NCBI GenBank assembly: GCA_963847185.1
Contig: CAWJYV010000001.1
Span: 32,001-96,000, forward strand
Direction: 5' to 3'
DNA: 64,000 bases
Origin: an uncultured Methanosarcinaceae archaeon
Lineage (GTDB): Archaea > Halobacteriota > Methanosarcinia > Methanosarcinales > Methanosarcinaceae
Shown here: in pieces, positions 31,084 through 42,256 of the stretch
Numbering within the stretch: the stretch's first letter is position 1
Layout of the letters: every line of letters starts with the position of its first letter
Made by a program: the position numbers and the translations under genes
The notes under the pieces: generated by a model
Told to the model about the DNA's origin: nothing
Seen by the model: the letters and a program-made list of their open reading frames with translations, nothing else
The model's database searches: none

Positions 31084-31710
31084 TTACTCCAACTCGACTT
31101 CACCGCTAACAATCTCCCTCATGCGATTTTCCATGTATAATATTGTTTCTTTCTTTTTTATATACTGCTGCCCGTATGTGGTTATTGAGTAGTACGGCAA
31201 TAGTTGTTCAGGGAGCAATTTCAAGTCTTCTTTTGTTGTTATATGACGACTGACAGGGAATTTACCATAGGTCTCCATATGCTGAGACCTTTTTGCAACC
31301 CGATTCAGGCTAACGCCGCGCTGAATTCTGTTCAAATAATTTGCATACGCCTCTATGCCCTTTTTTGTGATTTTGTAGCGATAGAGACCATTCGGCCCTT
31401 TCTTTTCTAATCGCTGTATGTAAGGTAGTTTAATGATCTTGCCATTTCTTTTCTGGATCTTCTGATACCGTGACATGACACTTGAAACTGCTGTATATTG
31501 AACCCCCGTAATTCTTTCAATATCTCGTGTAGTCAGTGGTTCTTTATCTTCTAACCATGTGTTATACAGCGCCTCTAAAATACGGAACTTTAAAAAGTTG
31601 GGTTTATGAGCATATCCGATTTTCACGATATTTCTCACCTGAAAGTTTTGTGTGAAAATTAATATCGGAAGCCTCGATAATAAGGGTTTGTTTCCGCTAT
31701 CCGCAGGCAC
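31084..31710 (-). CDS. Winged-helix DNA-binding protein (paralog of 1413-2036)
   Basis: Shares GYAHK.NFLKFRILEAL, LTTRDIE.ITGVQ and KGPNGLYRYKITKKG with 1413-2036. Confidence 0.75.
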   Translation of the reverse strand: MPADSGNKPLLSRLPILIFTQNFQVRNIVKIGYAHKPNFLKFRILEALYNTWLEDKEPLTTRDIERITGVQYTAVSSVMSRYQKIQKRNGKIIKLPYIQRLEKKGPNGLYRYKITKKGIEAYANYLNRIQRGVSLNRVAKRSQHMETYGKFPVSRHITTKEDLKLLPEQLLPYYSITTYGQQYIKKKETILYMENRMREIVSGEVELE

Positions 31711-32228
31711 AATATATATTAATAGGGTTACTCAGGCAAGTTTTTCGGGATATAAAAAAGCAAAATTCCGACTTTACATTTATCCCTGTATAATTCCCTT
31801 AATTATATGGCTTCCCGGAAACTGGAGATACAAGCCTTAGAAGAAGCTAAAAGCTTGGCTGCGAGGCTTAGCGTGGCTTCCAATAATAAGTATGTAGAAT
31901 AAAGGTCCGGTAGGATAAAAAAGAGATTGGAGTGATTGTCCTGTTAATTTTATGGTCACAATGTTTGGAGTTGAATTAAGGGTAGCCACGAGCTAAAAGC
32001 CTATTAATTAAATTCAGGTGAAACCATTATTTATTTTTTGGAGTCATTTCTGAGTACAAGCTGGTTTTTTAACTTCTTATATTTAAAGTGCCCTTTGTAT
32101 TAGCAATCCTTACTCAGAATGTCTACATATCAGTTTCTTTTGATATCCACCCTACCGGTTTTTAATATTTAGATTATATCATTGTTTATATTAGCTTTTG
32201 AAATTCAATCAATTAAAGAGGCTGGGAA

Positions 32229-32378
32229 ATGAAAGAAGAAAATGAAATAGCACCGGAAGAGGGTTCTGAAAGCAACTCAAAAGATGACGATGAAGACCTT
32301 CTGTACACTCATAAGCCTGAAAGTCGAGGTAGTACTATGCAGTGGAACTCTGCTTTTTGCAGAAAGCCTGGTCATTGA
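32229..32378 (+). CDS. 49-aa acidic small protein
   Basis: GAGG upstream; lies in front of the CMD gene on the same strand. Confidence 0.45.
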   Translation: MKEENEIAPEEGSESNSKDDDEDLLYTHKPESRGSTMQWNSAFCRKPGH

Positions 32379-32418
32379 ATTTCACCATATATCTAGTTGT
32401 TTTTAGGAGTTGATTTAA

Positions 32419-32769
32419 ATGTCATTTTTGAACGAAATGATGCCTGAAACTGCTGAAGCTTTCGGACAAATGAGAAATTCCATTTTCAAAGATGGTTTCT
32501 TGGATCTCAAAACTAAGGAACTGATCGCTATTGCATCCTCAGTACTTATGCGCTGCCAATTTTGTGTTGACACCCACTCACAAAGAGCAATTACAGCAGG
32601 AGCCACAAAGGAAGAGATTGCAGAAGCAATTTCAGTTTCAATGTTTATTGCTGCTGGTTCACAGATAGGATGGACCAATATATATGAAGAAAGCATATAT
32701 GATAAAATCTTTAAAAAGGATGCTAAAGAAGAAGGAGAAGAAGACTGTAATTGTTGTTGTAGTGACTGA
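32419..32769 (+). CDS. Carboxymuconolactone decarboxylase/AhpD-like protein
   Basis: LDLKTKELIAIA..CQFCVDTH..A..AGAT.EEI.EA motif. Confidence 0.9.
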   Translation: MSFLNEMMPETAEAFGQMRNSIFKDGFLDLKTKELIAIASSVLMRCQFCVDTHSQRAITAGATKEEIAEAISVSMFIAAGSQIGWTNIYEESIYDKIFKKDAKEEGEEDCNCCCSD

Positions 32770-32822
32770 AAGCTAATTTTATTATTTTTAAATTTTCCTT
32801 CACTTCTTATCTAATTTTTGTT

Positions 32823-33290
32823 TTAATTTTGCTCCTTTACTACAAATACAGAACTTTTTGAATGCCTTACTACCTTATCTGTTACGCTTCCAAGCAAAAA
32901 TCTTTCTAATCCTCCTTTACCAAGAGTTCCCATTATTATCACATTTACTTTTTTCTGCTCTGCAAATTCTAAGATTGCATTAGCCGGATTACCTTCCATA
33001 ACCATACCTTCAAAGTCTATTCCCTTATTCTTTGCAACATCATTCGCATATTGAATAGCATTGGCTCCTTCTTGACGTAGAGTTTCCTCCATAACATCCC
33101 ATTTAGAACCGAGATAAATTGGTGTTTCCAACGTAGGCGGAATATATGCATTTTTGTCCAAAACATAAAGGGCATAGACTTTTGCACCCATTAATTTTGC
33201 AAGTTCCATTCCTTGAAGTACGGCATTTTGACTACACTTAGACCCATCTGTTGCGATTAAAATTGTTTGAAAATTATTGTTAAGAGTCAC
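32823..33290 (-). CDS. Universal stress protein (UspA family)
   Basis: ILIATDGS...IIMGTLG...LLGSVTDKVVR motif. Confidence 0.93.
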   Translation of the reverse strand: MTLNNNFQTILIATDGSKCSQNAVLQGMELAKLMGAKVYALYVLDKNAYIPPTLETPIYLGSKWDVMEETLRQEGANAIQYANDVAKNKGIDFEGMVMEGNPANAILEFAEQKKVNVIIMGTLGKGGLERFLLGSVTDKVVRHSKSSVFVVKEQN

Positions 33291-33917
33291 TGATTTCCCC
33301 TCAATTCCAGAATAGTAGCAAATTACGTTGATTACAAATAAACACGGACAGAGTTATTACAGTATTATTTGAAATACAAACAAATAAGACTATGGTAACT
33401 ATTATGCGATTTTTTTGAGAATACAACTTTTAGTTCAACATAATTTTTTTGGTGACGTTTTAGACCAACAAATGCTTAGTGCATTTTGCAGCAAGTTATT
33501 GCCACCTAACAAGGTAAAATAGAACTATTTATGTTGCCTATGTAAGCCATTTTATGGTGTTTTTGTTAGTTATCTACGGGAAGGCAGTATTTATAGGGAA
33601 TCTATGATGCTGAAGAATCTTACTGAAGTCATGGATGGACCATCTATGGGCCGAGGTTTTTAAGGATTATCCTTTGTCTGAATTTAAAGGAATGAGAGAG
33701 ATCGCTATATTCCTAGATGGACTTACAAAGTGAGCTGAGAAAAAAATAATGTAAGTTCCTCAGATTGCCTGGAGCCTGATTTTTTAGACTCTTTAACTTA
33801 AAGTAAATTATTTATATGATAGGGTCTATTTGAATATATAATCATATCTTGATATTATGGAACCTTTTTCTTGTTTCTTAGCTAGAAAACGGAATTTAAA
33901 GAACATGGAGGATTAAA

Positions 33918-34553
33918 ATGAAACGAATGCATAGAATACAAGGTAAAGAAAGGATATCTTTTTCATTTTCTTTAGTTTCAATGAATTTTTTCGTGATTTT
34001 GGCTATTTTTTGTATCCTTTTCTTCAGCTCAGGTTGCACGGACACTAATAATAGTCTTGGAAGTGATACTAAGCCTGCTGAAGTCGCAAACAATGTTAAT
34101 AATGCTGAAAGTGATTCTGATATTACAAAAGTCACAAGTGATGTTACTGAGTCTGGCGACAAAGCAGAACTTGTTGAGGTTACGAATTTGAGTCAGATCG
34201 ATGAGGCTCTCAATAAAGGCCCTGTTGTGTTGAAGCTTGGATCTAAGGAATGCACTCCCTGTAAAGAGCAGGAGAAAGTGCTTTCAGAGCTTCTTCCTAT
34301 GTATCAGGACTTTGCATCATTTATGCTTATTGATGTCAATGAGTATCCTGAACTTGGAGAGGCATTCGACGTAATAAACATTCCTGACACCTGTGTTATT
34401 GTAGGTAAAGAGGATGGGAACTACATTTATGTAAAACCCGACGGTAGCAAAACCTCAGAGAGAATGTCTGCAAGGTTCATAGGTGTTACAGATAAAGAAA
34501 CCCTTTCAGAAACTCTTGATAAAGCTATTGAATCCTGGAAAACAAAGGAGTGA
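33918..34553 (+). CDS. Thioredoxin-fold lipoprotein
   Basis: Lipobox-like SSGC; CTPC active-site motif. Confidence 0.85.
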   Translation: MKRMHRIQGKERISFSFSLVSMNFFVILAIFCILFFSSGCTDTNNSLGSDTKPAEVANNVNNAESDSDITKVTSDVTESGDKAELVEVTNLSQIDEALNKGPVVLKLGSKECTPCKEQEKVLSELLPMYQDFASFMLIDVNEYPELGEAFDVINIPDTCVIVGKEDGNYIYVKPDGSKTSERMSARFIGVTDKETLSETLDKAIESWKTKE

Positions 34554-34557
34554 ACCT

Positions 34558-35193
34558 ATGTTTTCTAATTTTTTACCTATTGCAGCTTTTTTTGCAGGGT
34601 TAGTCAGTGTGCTTTCTCCCTGTATCCTTCCCGTAATTCCTGCAGTTTTTGCTTACTCAACTAAAGAAGGAAAGTTTAGACCCCTTGCTATAGTTTTAGG
34701 TTTATCTCTTTCCTTTACTTCCATGGGAATCATTACTTCCCTCTTTGGATCAAAATTAACGCCTTATCTCGGTTACCTTAATATTTTTGCCGAAGTACTC
34801 TTGATAATTATGGGTATTGCACTTCTTTTTGACCTCAATATTTTCAATGTTTTTGGAAATTTCTCATTCCTTGCAAATCCTAAACGAGAGGGACTCTTCG
34901 GAGGATTTTTGCTTGGTCTTTCTCTTGGAGTTGTCTGGCTTCCATGTGTTGGTAAGGTACTTGGTGCAATTCTCACAATGGTTGCCATCTCAGGTAAAGT
35001 TATCTATGGAGCATCAATGCTTTTTATCTATTCTATAGGATTTTCTATTCCGATGCTTTTTGTCGCTTATTCTGCAAGCTTCTCTTCCTCAAAAATAAGA
35101 AGTGTTTCAAAATACGGACACCAGCTAAAAACAATTGCAGGTTCAATAATACTAGGGGTCGGTTTTTATATGATTTACAAAAATCATTTTTAA
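34558..35193 (+). CDS. ccdA: CcdA/DsbD-beta transmembrane electron transporter
   Basis: SPCILP and WLPCVG motifs; about six TM segments. Confidence 0.88.
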   Translation: MFSNFLPIAAFFAGLVSVLSPCILPVIPAVFAYSTKEGKFRPLAIVLGLSLSFTSMGIITSLFGSKLTPYLGYLNIFAEVLLIIMGIALLFDLNIFNVFGNFSFLANPKREGLFGGFLLGLSLGVVWLPCVGKVLGAILTMVAISGKVIYGASMLFIYSIGFSIPMLFVAYSASFSSSKIRSVSKYGHQLKTIAGSIILGVGFYMIYKNHF

Positions 35194-35286
35194 AACTTCA
35201 ATACAAATTTTTTAGAAAAGTTAGAAACTTCCGTTTTGAATAATAAAACTAAAGAAAGGTAATAAGAGAAAAGCAACAAAAGTACT

Positions 35287-35691
35287 TCAAGTATCTCTTA
35301 TTACACGTATAATTTTTTCTATGTATTCGGGCTTTACATCCGAAGGAATTGTTTTTTTAATACCTAAATCAGTAATCATTATATGGATATCTGATTTCAA
35401 GCCTGCCTCATCTAGCTTTTTTGTTGCACAGCAATCAGTGCAGCCATCAATAACTAGAATTCGGAAGCCATCTGCGACTGCATCTTCTACAGAGGCAACT
35501 CCTTTGTGAGCCGCTGCAGCTCTGTACATATCCGGTCTTCTGAAGGCAAGAGCTGACGCTGCCTGCATCGTAAGTTTTCCGGTGTTTGAAAGACCTGAAC
35601 AAGCAAAAATAAGGGTTCTTCTTGTAGCTTTTTGTGCTTTATTCTCACTTTGAAGTAAAGGCTCTGAGTATCCTGTTTCTACTGATTCCAT
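35287..35691 (-). CDS. DGC-domain (putative Zn-binding) protein
   Basis: FACSG.SN.G and IDGC..CC motifs. Confidence 0.85.
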   Translation of the reverse strand: MESVETGYSEPLLQSENKAQKATRRTLIFACSGLSNTGKLTMQAASALAFRRPDMYRAAAAHKGVASVEDAVADGFRILVIDGCTDCCATKKLDEAGLKSDIHIMITDLGIKKTIPSDVKPEYIEKIIRVIRDT

Positions 35692-35794
35692 GCCTAATTA
35701 CAACCTTCTAAGAAATTATTTTAAAAATGTTGAAATAGGTAATATAATAGTCTCTAAAGCATTGTCTAAGAAAGAATAGTTGTAGTGAAGAAAT

Positions 35795-36118
35795 TTAGAC
35801 AGCATTGAATTCTATACTGATGCTACCTGCTTTTTTTACCAGAGATTTTGCAAGGAAACCACTTTCCATTCTACAGAGGTTGAGTACTGCGCAGGGTACA
35901 AGGCAATTTGAAGAACAATTTGCTTCCTGTGCCCTATCAATCACATAATTGTTTTTGATGTCCAGAATTTCCATCATAGGAACTTCCATATGAGAGAACT
36001 TCTTTATCTTTTCACATGGGGTTTCTATGTCAACAATAATTTTATTTCCTTTTTTGCTTCCAGTTATCTTATGGACAAAGCCACAAATAGTGGAATTTAC
36101 AGTAAATTCAGTCAACAT
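35795..36118 (-). CDS. Conserved Cys-containing hypothetical protein (DUF6951-like)
   Basis: ICGF, TPC and CLVPC motifs; operonic position. Confidence 0.75.
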   Translation of the reverse strand: MLTEFTVNSTICGFVHKITGSKKGNKIIVDIETPCEKIKKFSHMEVPMMEILDIKNNYVIDRAQEANCSSNCLVPCAVLNLCRMESGFLAKSLVKKAGSISIEFNAV

Positions 36119-36209
36119 GTCACCTTCGATGTTAATCATTTAAGTCTATTTTAAGTCATTATATGAAAGATAGCTTTAAGCGATATATATAAGTTAATTG
36201 AGTCCGAGA

Positions 36210-36593
36210 TTACTCGGACTGCAGTATCTCAAGGGTTTTTTCTAGAGCTTCTGAGATCTCACTGTCCTTGAGATTTTTATCTTTATTCTTTTTGATCCCC
36301 AGCTCAGAGATGATAATATGTTCATCTACTTTGAAACCTGCAAGTTCGAGAGTTTTGCTTGCACAGTTAACCGGGCACCCGTCAATAGCAACTATCCTGT
36401 CCGAACTTTCAGCGGACTTCATAAGTCCAGGGGCCCTAGCTCCTATTCCTACGGTACACATTAAATTCCCAATGTTTTGTTTTTCGAGTTCAATTGCGAT
36501 TATATTTGAGATCTGACCCACATTTGAAGCCCCAACACATGGGAAAATTGCCACATTTGCTGAACCGCATGCACATTTTGTCTCTTCTGTCAT
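36210..36593 (-). CDS. DGC-domain protein
   Basis: FPCVGASNVGQ and IDGCPVNCA motifs. Confidence 0.88.
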   Translation of the reverse strand: MTEETKCACGSANVAIFPCVGASNVGQISNIIAIELEKQNIGNLMCTVGIGARAPGLMKSAESSDRIVAIDGCPVNCASKTLELAGFKVDEHIIISELGIKKNKDKNLKDSEISEALEKTLEILQSE

Positions 36594-36657
36594 TGTTTAT
36601 CCTCCTTTCTGAATTCTCATCTGGCTGTTAATCTTTTTGCTACAGACACGTCTTCTT

Positions 36658-36891
36658 TTAATGAGAAATCCATTTTTTGATTTCTTTTTCATCTGGAACT
36701 TTGCCTGCAAGTTTTACGTCTCCATCTATAACAACTGCAGGGGTAACCATAACGCCATAGCTCATTATTTTTTCAATATCCTCAACTTTAATTACCTCAG
36801 CCTCAACACCAGTTTGCTTGAGTACTTTTTCAATTGCTTCTTTTGTTTTCTTGCACTTGGAGCATCCTGTTCCGAGAACTTCTATTTTCAT
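36658..36891 (-). CDS. Small redox-active disulfide protein (thioredoxin-like, MTH895 family)
   Basis: MKIEVLGTGCSKC...GVMVTPAVVIDG motif. Confidence 0.9.
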   Translation of the reverse strand: MKIEVLGTGCSKCKKTKEAIEKVLKQTGVEAEVIKVEDIEKIMSYGVMVTPAVVIDGDVKLAGKVPDEKEIKKWISH

Positions 36892-36986
36892 ATATTTTCC
36901 TCCATTTTCGTTAGCTGAATTATTTTCCTATTTTGCCTTTATTTATAAATTTTAAATTGCCAAATCTTAGGAAGGCAATGGCAGAT

Positions 36987-37958
36987 TTACAATATTATAT
37001 TGAATAAATATCCTGTAAAAATTATCGATACTGCTACAATTGAAACAAAGATTGCTATCAATTCTTTTTTCAGTACCTTTCTGAGGATAATCATCTCAGG
37101 AAGAGATACGGCTGTGACAGACATTAGAAAGGCCAAGGCAGTTCCGACTGGAAGCCCTTTTCCTATCAAGCTTTCTACAATGGGAATCATAGCCATAACG
37201 TTCGAGTAAAGGGGTACTCCAATAAGGACAGCAATCGGCACTGCAAGCAAATTATCCTTACCAGCATATTTTTCTAAAATGCCTTCAGGCGCATATCCAT
37301 GGAATATGCCTCCTATAGCGACTCCTATTATTACATAGAGCCATACTCTACCCACAATTTCCTTTACACTCTCAAAGGCAAACTCTACTCTTTCCTTAAC
37401 TGTGAGTTTTTGATCTTCTGTAGCTTGTTTTCCTACTTTCATTCTATATACAAAATCTTCTACATATCTTTCAAGCTTCAAATGTCCAATTATATAACCA
37501 CCCAAAACACCAAGCGCAACCCCTGATATAACATAAAGTACAGTAGCCTTAAGTCCGAGAGTTGCCCATAGAGCTGCTACAGCGGCCTCATTTACAAGAG
37601 GAGAAGTGATCAAAAAGGCAAAAGTGACTCCAAGAGGCACTCCAGCTTCCACAAACCCTATAAAGATTGGAACAGAAGAACACGAACAAAAAGGAGTTAC
37701 TGTCCCGATAAGAGATGCAAGAAAATAATATTTGATCCCTTGCTTGCTTCCAAGAACCTGCCTTGTTCTTTCGGGAGTGATATATGTCCTGAGGTAGGAA
37801 ACAAGAAAGATCATTACAGCTAGAAGAACGAAAATTTTCATTACATCATAAATAATAAAATTAACACTAGCTGCAAGGTGGGTACCGGGTTCGATACCTA
37901 ATACTTTATATGTCAGTTTGTCAGCAATCCATTGAAGAGGATAGAATACGTCAACCAT
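36987..37958 (-). CDS. ArsP-like (DUF318) permease
   Basis: TPFCSCS, GVPLYS and SLPE motifs; multiple TM segments. Confidence 0.9.
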   Translation of the reverse strand: MVDVFYPLQWIADKLTYKVLGIEPGTHLAASVNFIIYDVMKIFVLLAVMIFLVSYLRTYITPERTRQVLGSKQGIKYYFLASLIGTVTPFCSCSSVPIFIGFVEAGVPLGVTFAFLITSPLVNEAAVAALWATLGLKATVLYVISGVALGVLGGYIIGHLKLERYVEDFVYRMKVGKQATEDQKLTVKERVEFAFESVKEIVGRVWLYVIIGVAIGGIFHGYAPEGILEKYAGKDNLLAVPIAVLIGVPLYSNVMAMIPIVESLIGKGLPVGTALAFLMSVTAVSLPEMIILRKVLKKELIAIFVSIVAVSIIFTGYLFNIIL

Positions 37959-38012
37959 TTTAGATCCTCCTTGATTATTAATTATTCTTTGCTAGCATTT
38001 CAATTTCCAAAT

Positions 38013-38032
38013 ATATCAATATACATTGATAT
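38013..38032. promoter_or_regulatory. Probable ArsR-family operator ATATCAAT-ATAC-ATTGATAT
   Basis: Perfect 8-4-8 dyad upstream of the permease operon, near an ArsR gene. Confidence 0.55.
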
Positions 38033-38441
38033 TCATAGTACTATATAAAGATTTCCATAATGCCTGAATAGTATCAGTTTGATCTCAAAATATTTTTACT
38101 TACAACAAAAGAATTTCCGAGTATCCTTTCAAAATAAGTAGCAAATTCGCTGAATAGGTGAGAAGAACAAACGATGGAATAAAGAAAAAAGTCCCTAAAA
38201 ACTTGAAGTATATCTAAATTCACTATTTACAGAAAAAAGAGAACTTTCTTTTCATAAATAGTCAGTAAGTTGATGCAATAAGTACTCTGTTGATCGCTGA
38301 ATAACAAGAAAAACAAGAACAATTCGTTCCTTTTAAGGAGGAACTGTTGGTGTCTGGAATCCCTAATAAAAATCTCACCTACTTATAACTTTCAGCGAAT
38401 ATAAATATCAAATTTTATCTATATTGGTATACAAAATCTTA

Positions 38442-38738
38442 TTATTCAAGGGCTTCCAAAATTTTCTTAACTTTCTCATTTTGTATAGAATATAGCCTCT
38501 TTTTCCCTTCTTTCCTTACTTTAATTATCCCCCAGTCCTGCAACTTTGCAAGGTGCATTGAGGTATTGGATTGAGTTCTACCAATTATTTCTGGAATCTC
38601 ACAGGCGCATATTTCTCCTTTATTACCGTACTTATTTTCCTTGCATCCACTCTGAGATTCAATCAAAGCTTCAATAATTCTGTACCTCGTATCTTCGCTG
38701 AGAGCCTTGAAGAGCTGTATGTTTTCTTCATTAATCAT
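38442..38738 (-). CDS. ArsR/SmtB-family regulator
   Basis: FKALSEDTR, ICACEI and TQSNTSMHL motifs. Confidence 0.9.
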   Translation of the reverse strand: MINEENIQLFKALSEDTRYRIIEALIESQSGCKENKYGNKGEICACEIPEIIGRTQSNTSMHLAKLQDWGIIKVRKEGKKRLYSIQNEKVKKILEALE

Positions 38739-38985
38739 ATCAACAATTATTGAATGTGTTAAACTATATATATCTTTCTAAGTCGAAATATCTGACCTGC
38801 ATTATTGAAGAGGGGAATGAAATCTTTCTGGCGTATGCACTCTTCTAACTTTTTAGGAACTAATTACTTGCTCCTGATTTATTCCATTTTAAAAGTAATT
38901 CTCCACAATTGGAAATCTTTATATTAAACATCGACATATATCGATATGATCACATTATGAGATGTTGTAATAGAGGTATGCCTTA

Positions 38986-39291
38986 ATGAGCAAAATTGGT
39001 AAAAATTTACTTGGAAAGCTCTTTGGAAACGATAAAAATTGTTGCTGTTGTGGCCCTTCAATCGTTAGTGTCAAAAAGATCAAGGTTGCAGGCAAAGATA
39101 TGGATATTGCCGGATTAGATGAAGAATTTAAAAAGCATCTTGATGCAGGAAAAGCACCAGAGGATTTGGATGCTGAAGAGCTCGTGCAAAGCCTTTTGAA
39201 AATTAATGTGATTCCTGAAAGAGAGCTGGAAAATTTTAAAGCTGCAGTCTTAAAAGAATATGCAACATACTGGCATGAGAACAGACATTAG
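38986..39291 (+). CDS. Hypothetical protein with CCCC motif
   Basis: GAGGT RBS; first gene of the putative ArsR-permease unit. Confidence 0.75.
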   Translation: MSKIGKNLLGKLFGNDKNCCCCGPSIVSVKKIKVAGKDMDIAGLDEEFKKHLDAGKAPEDLDAEELVQSLLKINVIPERELENFKAAVLKEYATYWHENRH

Positions 39292-39359
39292 ATCATATCG
39301 ATATTTATAGATATAACATAAATCCACATCTTAAACATAAATTATTTGGAGTTTTGTAA

Positions 39360-39524
39360 TTGAACCTTAAGTGTGCAATATGTGGAAAAGAAGAATATTC
39401 TTTGTTTAGGGCTAACCACAAAGATCTAGGAAATGTAAAGCTCTGTGTAGATTGCTGGTCTAAGGAACAGAGCAAAAACAAGTTGCTTTCCTTAGAAGGT
39501 GGAAGCAACTGTTGCAGGCAATAA
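39360..39524 (+). CDS. 54-aa Zn-finger-like small protein (CAIC..CVDC..CC)
   Basis: GGAG RBS, TTG start; two CxxC pairs; fills the gap between co-oriented genes. Confidence 0.65.
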   Translation: MNLKCAICGKEEYSLFRANHKDLGNVKLCVDCWSKEQSKNKLLSLEGGSNCCRQ

Positions 39525-39549
39525 CAATAAAAGATGAAGGAAGACTATT

Positions 39550-39936
39550 GTGACTGACAGAACTGGAGTAGAAATTGAAAGATTGAAGCGCTTCATCCCT
39601 GATAAAGACCAGTTTGAGCTAAGGGCACAAAGACTCAGTTATCTGGTGAGCGGGCTGAGTGAAAAGGTATTATCTTCAGAAGCCAAAATTTTTAAGGCTC
39701 TTGCAGATACCAATCGTCTTAAAATTATAAAACTACTAAAAGAAGGAGAACTTTGTGTCTGTGAACTAACGACCGCACTCTCTACTTCTCAATCAACTGT
39801 TTCTCACCACCTTTCTGTGCTGAAAAATGCGGGCTTAGTTAAGGAAAGAAAAGAAGGAAAATGGTCATATTTTCGCCTTTCTGAAGGGGCAGTCATTGAA
39901 ATCCTTAACCAGGCAAAATTGCTTATTGATGAATAA
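39550..39936 (+). CDS. ArsR/SmtB-family regulator
   Basis: FKALADTNR, ELCVCEL and SQSTVSHHL motifs. Confidence 0.92.
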   Translation: MTDRTGVEIERLKRFIPDKDQFELRAQRLSYLVSGLSEKVLSSEAKIFKALADTNRLKIIKLLKEGELCVCELTTALSTSQSTVSHHLSVLKNAGLVKERKEGKWSYFRLSEGAVIEILNQAKLLIDE

Positions 39937-40174
39937 TTTTGATACAAATTCTTCCTTTTAAAAGATAAAGTTTTGGAAAAAATAACCTCTCAAAACAGCT
40001 TTTTCTGGAGATTGGGGTTGCAAATAGAATAATCGTAGCCATTCATGATTGCGTATAGCGGTAGCTTTCACTGATAATCTCATGGTTGCTGTTCTCTGTA
40101 ATTGCATTTGCAGATATAGCAGCAAACGAAGTGATCAAACATGTAAGGTTTTAAAAAATAGGAGAAGAGATAAA

Positions 40175-41074
40175 ATGTTTTGGAATAACTTAGTTGTGGC
40201 AGTCAATTACTTTATTGAAATCGCAGTCGAGCTTACTGTTTTATTCATAGGGATAACCTTTCTCGTGGGGCTGATTCAGGAGTACGTGTCGGACGAGACT
40301 ATAAAAAAAGCTCTGGGAGGGCAACACAAATTTATAGGAAGTATCCTTGGAGCGGGATTCGGTGCCTTAACTCCTTTCTGTTCCTGTTCAACTATACCGC
40401 TTCTTTTAGGAATGCTTAACGCTGGTGTGCCCTTCGCTGCAGCAATGGCATTTCTATTTTCCTCTCCTTTACTAAACCCGGTGATAATATCACTTTTCAT
40501 CATTCTGTTGGGCTGGAAGGTAGCCACGATCTACTTTGTCGTCACCTTCGTGGCTTCAATTACCATTAGCCTCTTGCTTGATGGACTAGGCTTTGTCCAT
40601 CAAGTCAAGTCAGCTGCAGTTATACGAAGTAGCTGCGATTGCCAGCAAGCAACGGATGCAAGATCTAGGGTACAAAGGGCTGCAAAATTTGCATTCAGCC
40701 TATTTCGCCAGCTTATACCTTATCTTCTCATAGGAGCGGGCATTGGCGCATTCATTCATGGATTCGTACCTACTGAAATTGTTTCCCGTCTCGCCGGACC
40801 TACCAATCCTCTGGCAGTTCCTGTGGCTGCAATTGTCGGTATTCCTCTCTATATCCGAGCAGAGACCATGATACCTATTGGGCTGGCACTTATTGAAAAA
40901 GGGATGAGTGTAGGAGCAGTCCTGGCATTAATAATCGGAGGTGCAGGAGCCAGTATACCCGAACTGGCGCTTCTTTCAGCTATATTCAAGAAGAGATTAC
41001 TAGCTGCTTTCGTAGTAACCATTTTCATAATTGCTATAGCTGCGGGATATCTTGCTAATCTGTTAGTGATATAA
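40175..41074 (+). CDS. ArsP-like (DUF318) permease
   Basis: TPFCSCS, GIPLY and ASIPE motifs; AGGAG RBS before ATG 40175. Confidence 0.9.
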   Translation: MFWNNLVVAVNYFIEIAVELTVLFIGITFLVGLIQEYVSDETIKKALGGQHKFIGSILGAGFGALTPFCSCSTIPLLLGMLNAGVPFAAAMAFLFSSPLLNPVIISLFIILLGWKVATIYFVVTFVASITISLLLDGLGFVHQVKSAAVIRSSCDCQQATDARSRVQRAAKFAFSLFRQLIPYLLIGAGIGAFIHGFVPTEIVSRLAGPTNPLAVPVAAIVGIPLYIRAETMIPIGLALIEKGMSVGAVLALIIGGAGASIPELALLSAIFKKRLLAAFVVTIFIIAIAAGYLANLLVI

Positions 41075-41422
41075 AATCAGTAAGAAAGATAAATGATGAT
41101 GCCAAGAAAGCAAAAACTTGGTATCATCTCCCAAATATCTGGAAGATCCAGTCTTTTATTTCATCTCTAACCAGCTGGAAGACCTTGAATCTGAATTATG
41201 GGTGCATAAAAAAAGAATCTTCTTTTTTTCCTGCAATTTCGTATTTGTTCTCATCTTGCTTTCATTGCACACAATATTAAATCAGGATTGTGATTCATAC
41301 TTTGAAAAGATAAAATTCGCAAAATATCAATATTAATAAGTTGCATCTACATGAAAAGACTGAAACACTTTCCTAGGCAACCTTTATTGCTTCTTTCGCA
41401 AATATGGAAGCCTCAGTTTTCA

Positions 41423-41704
41423 TTATCTTTTCGCCTTCTGCACCTCTTTTGTTACTCTCTTCATCATCTCTCCTACTAGATTTGCTTTATCACAGTGAGA
41501 AGCTTCTTTAGGCTTACAATTAAGGAGAATACTCATCAATCTGTCAGCTGTTCGATAATATTTCATGTCTTCAAGCCTGACCAGAAGTGCAGATAAATTT
41601 TCACTAAACTCTCTGCATTTTTCATGATTGCAAATAGCTTGTTCATGCAACTGGCAGACAGATTGAAGATTTTTTACTATTTCTTCTGGGATATTCTCGA
41701 CCAT
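41423..41704 (-). CDS. Hypothetical Cys/His-containing protein
   Basis: 93-aa ORF, co-oriented with the dsrEFH-like genes. Confidence 0.65.
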   Translation of the reverse strand: MVENIPEEIVKNLQSVCQLHEQAICNHEKCREFSENLSALLVRLEDMKYYRTADRLMSILLNCKPKEASHCDKANLVGEMMKRVTKEVQKAKR

Positions 41705-41918
41705 AGTGATCGACTCGACTCAGTAATTCTCTTTAATGATGTTTTAAATTAGGGTCGTGGGTAGTTACTGAAATCAAGAGTCAAATTTCATTTAACGGCT
41801 GTTTAGTGTCATGACTCAACTACCTATTAGTTAAAAATGAGAAGGTAAAGTAGTATTTTAATTAAACATCAAAGATTTGAGTTAAAGAATGAAATTTTAA
41901 ACTTATAATCTAAGAACT

Positions 41919-42221
41919 TTAAAATGTGTATCCGCGCCCGCAGTTTTCCATAATGTCGTGAATAAGTGTTGCGTAAAAGTCATCAGGAACCGTAACTTTC
42001 TCTCCTGCCGTGATAGCTCTTGCTTCCAAATCTTCCTTGCACGCATAGACCTTGCACTCTGGCAGTCTTTCCTCTATCCCGGTAAGCAAGTGATAGACCC
42101 CATCTCCTGCAAGGTAAAGCCTAAAGTTTCCTGTACGAGATACAATTTTGAGACACAAATCAGATCTTGGATTAAGAGGAGGTTTTGTCAGCAAGAAAAC
42201 GTCCTTTTGTTCTTGTTTCAT
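41919..42221 (-). CDS. DsrH/TusB-like sulfur relay protein
   Basis: LAGDGVY and EDLEAR motifs. Confidence 0.8.
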   Translation of the reverse strand: MKQEQKDVFLLTKPPLNPRSDLCLKIVSRTGNFRLYLAGDGVYHLLTGIEERLPECKVYACKEDLEARAITAGEKVTVPDDFYATLIHDIMENCGRGYTF

Positions 42222-42256
42222 ATTATCATCCTATTCATCCTACTCAGCAGTCAATA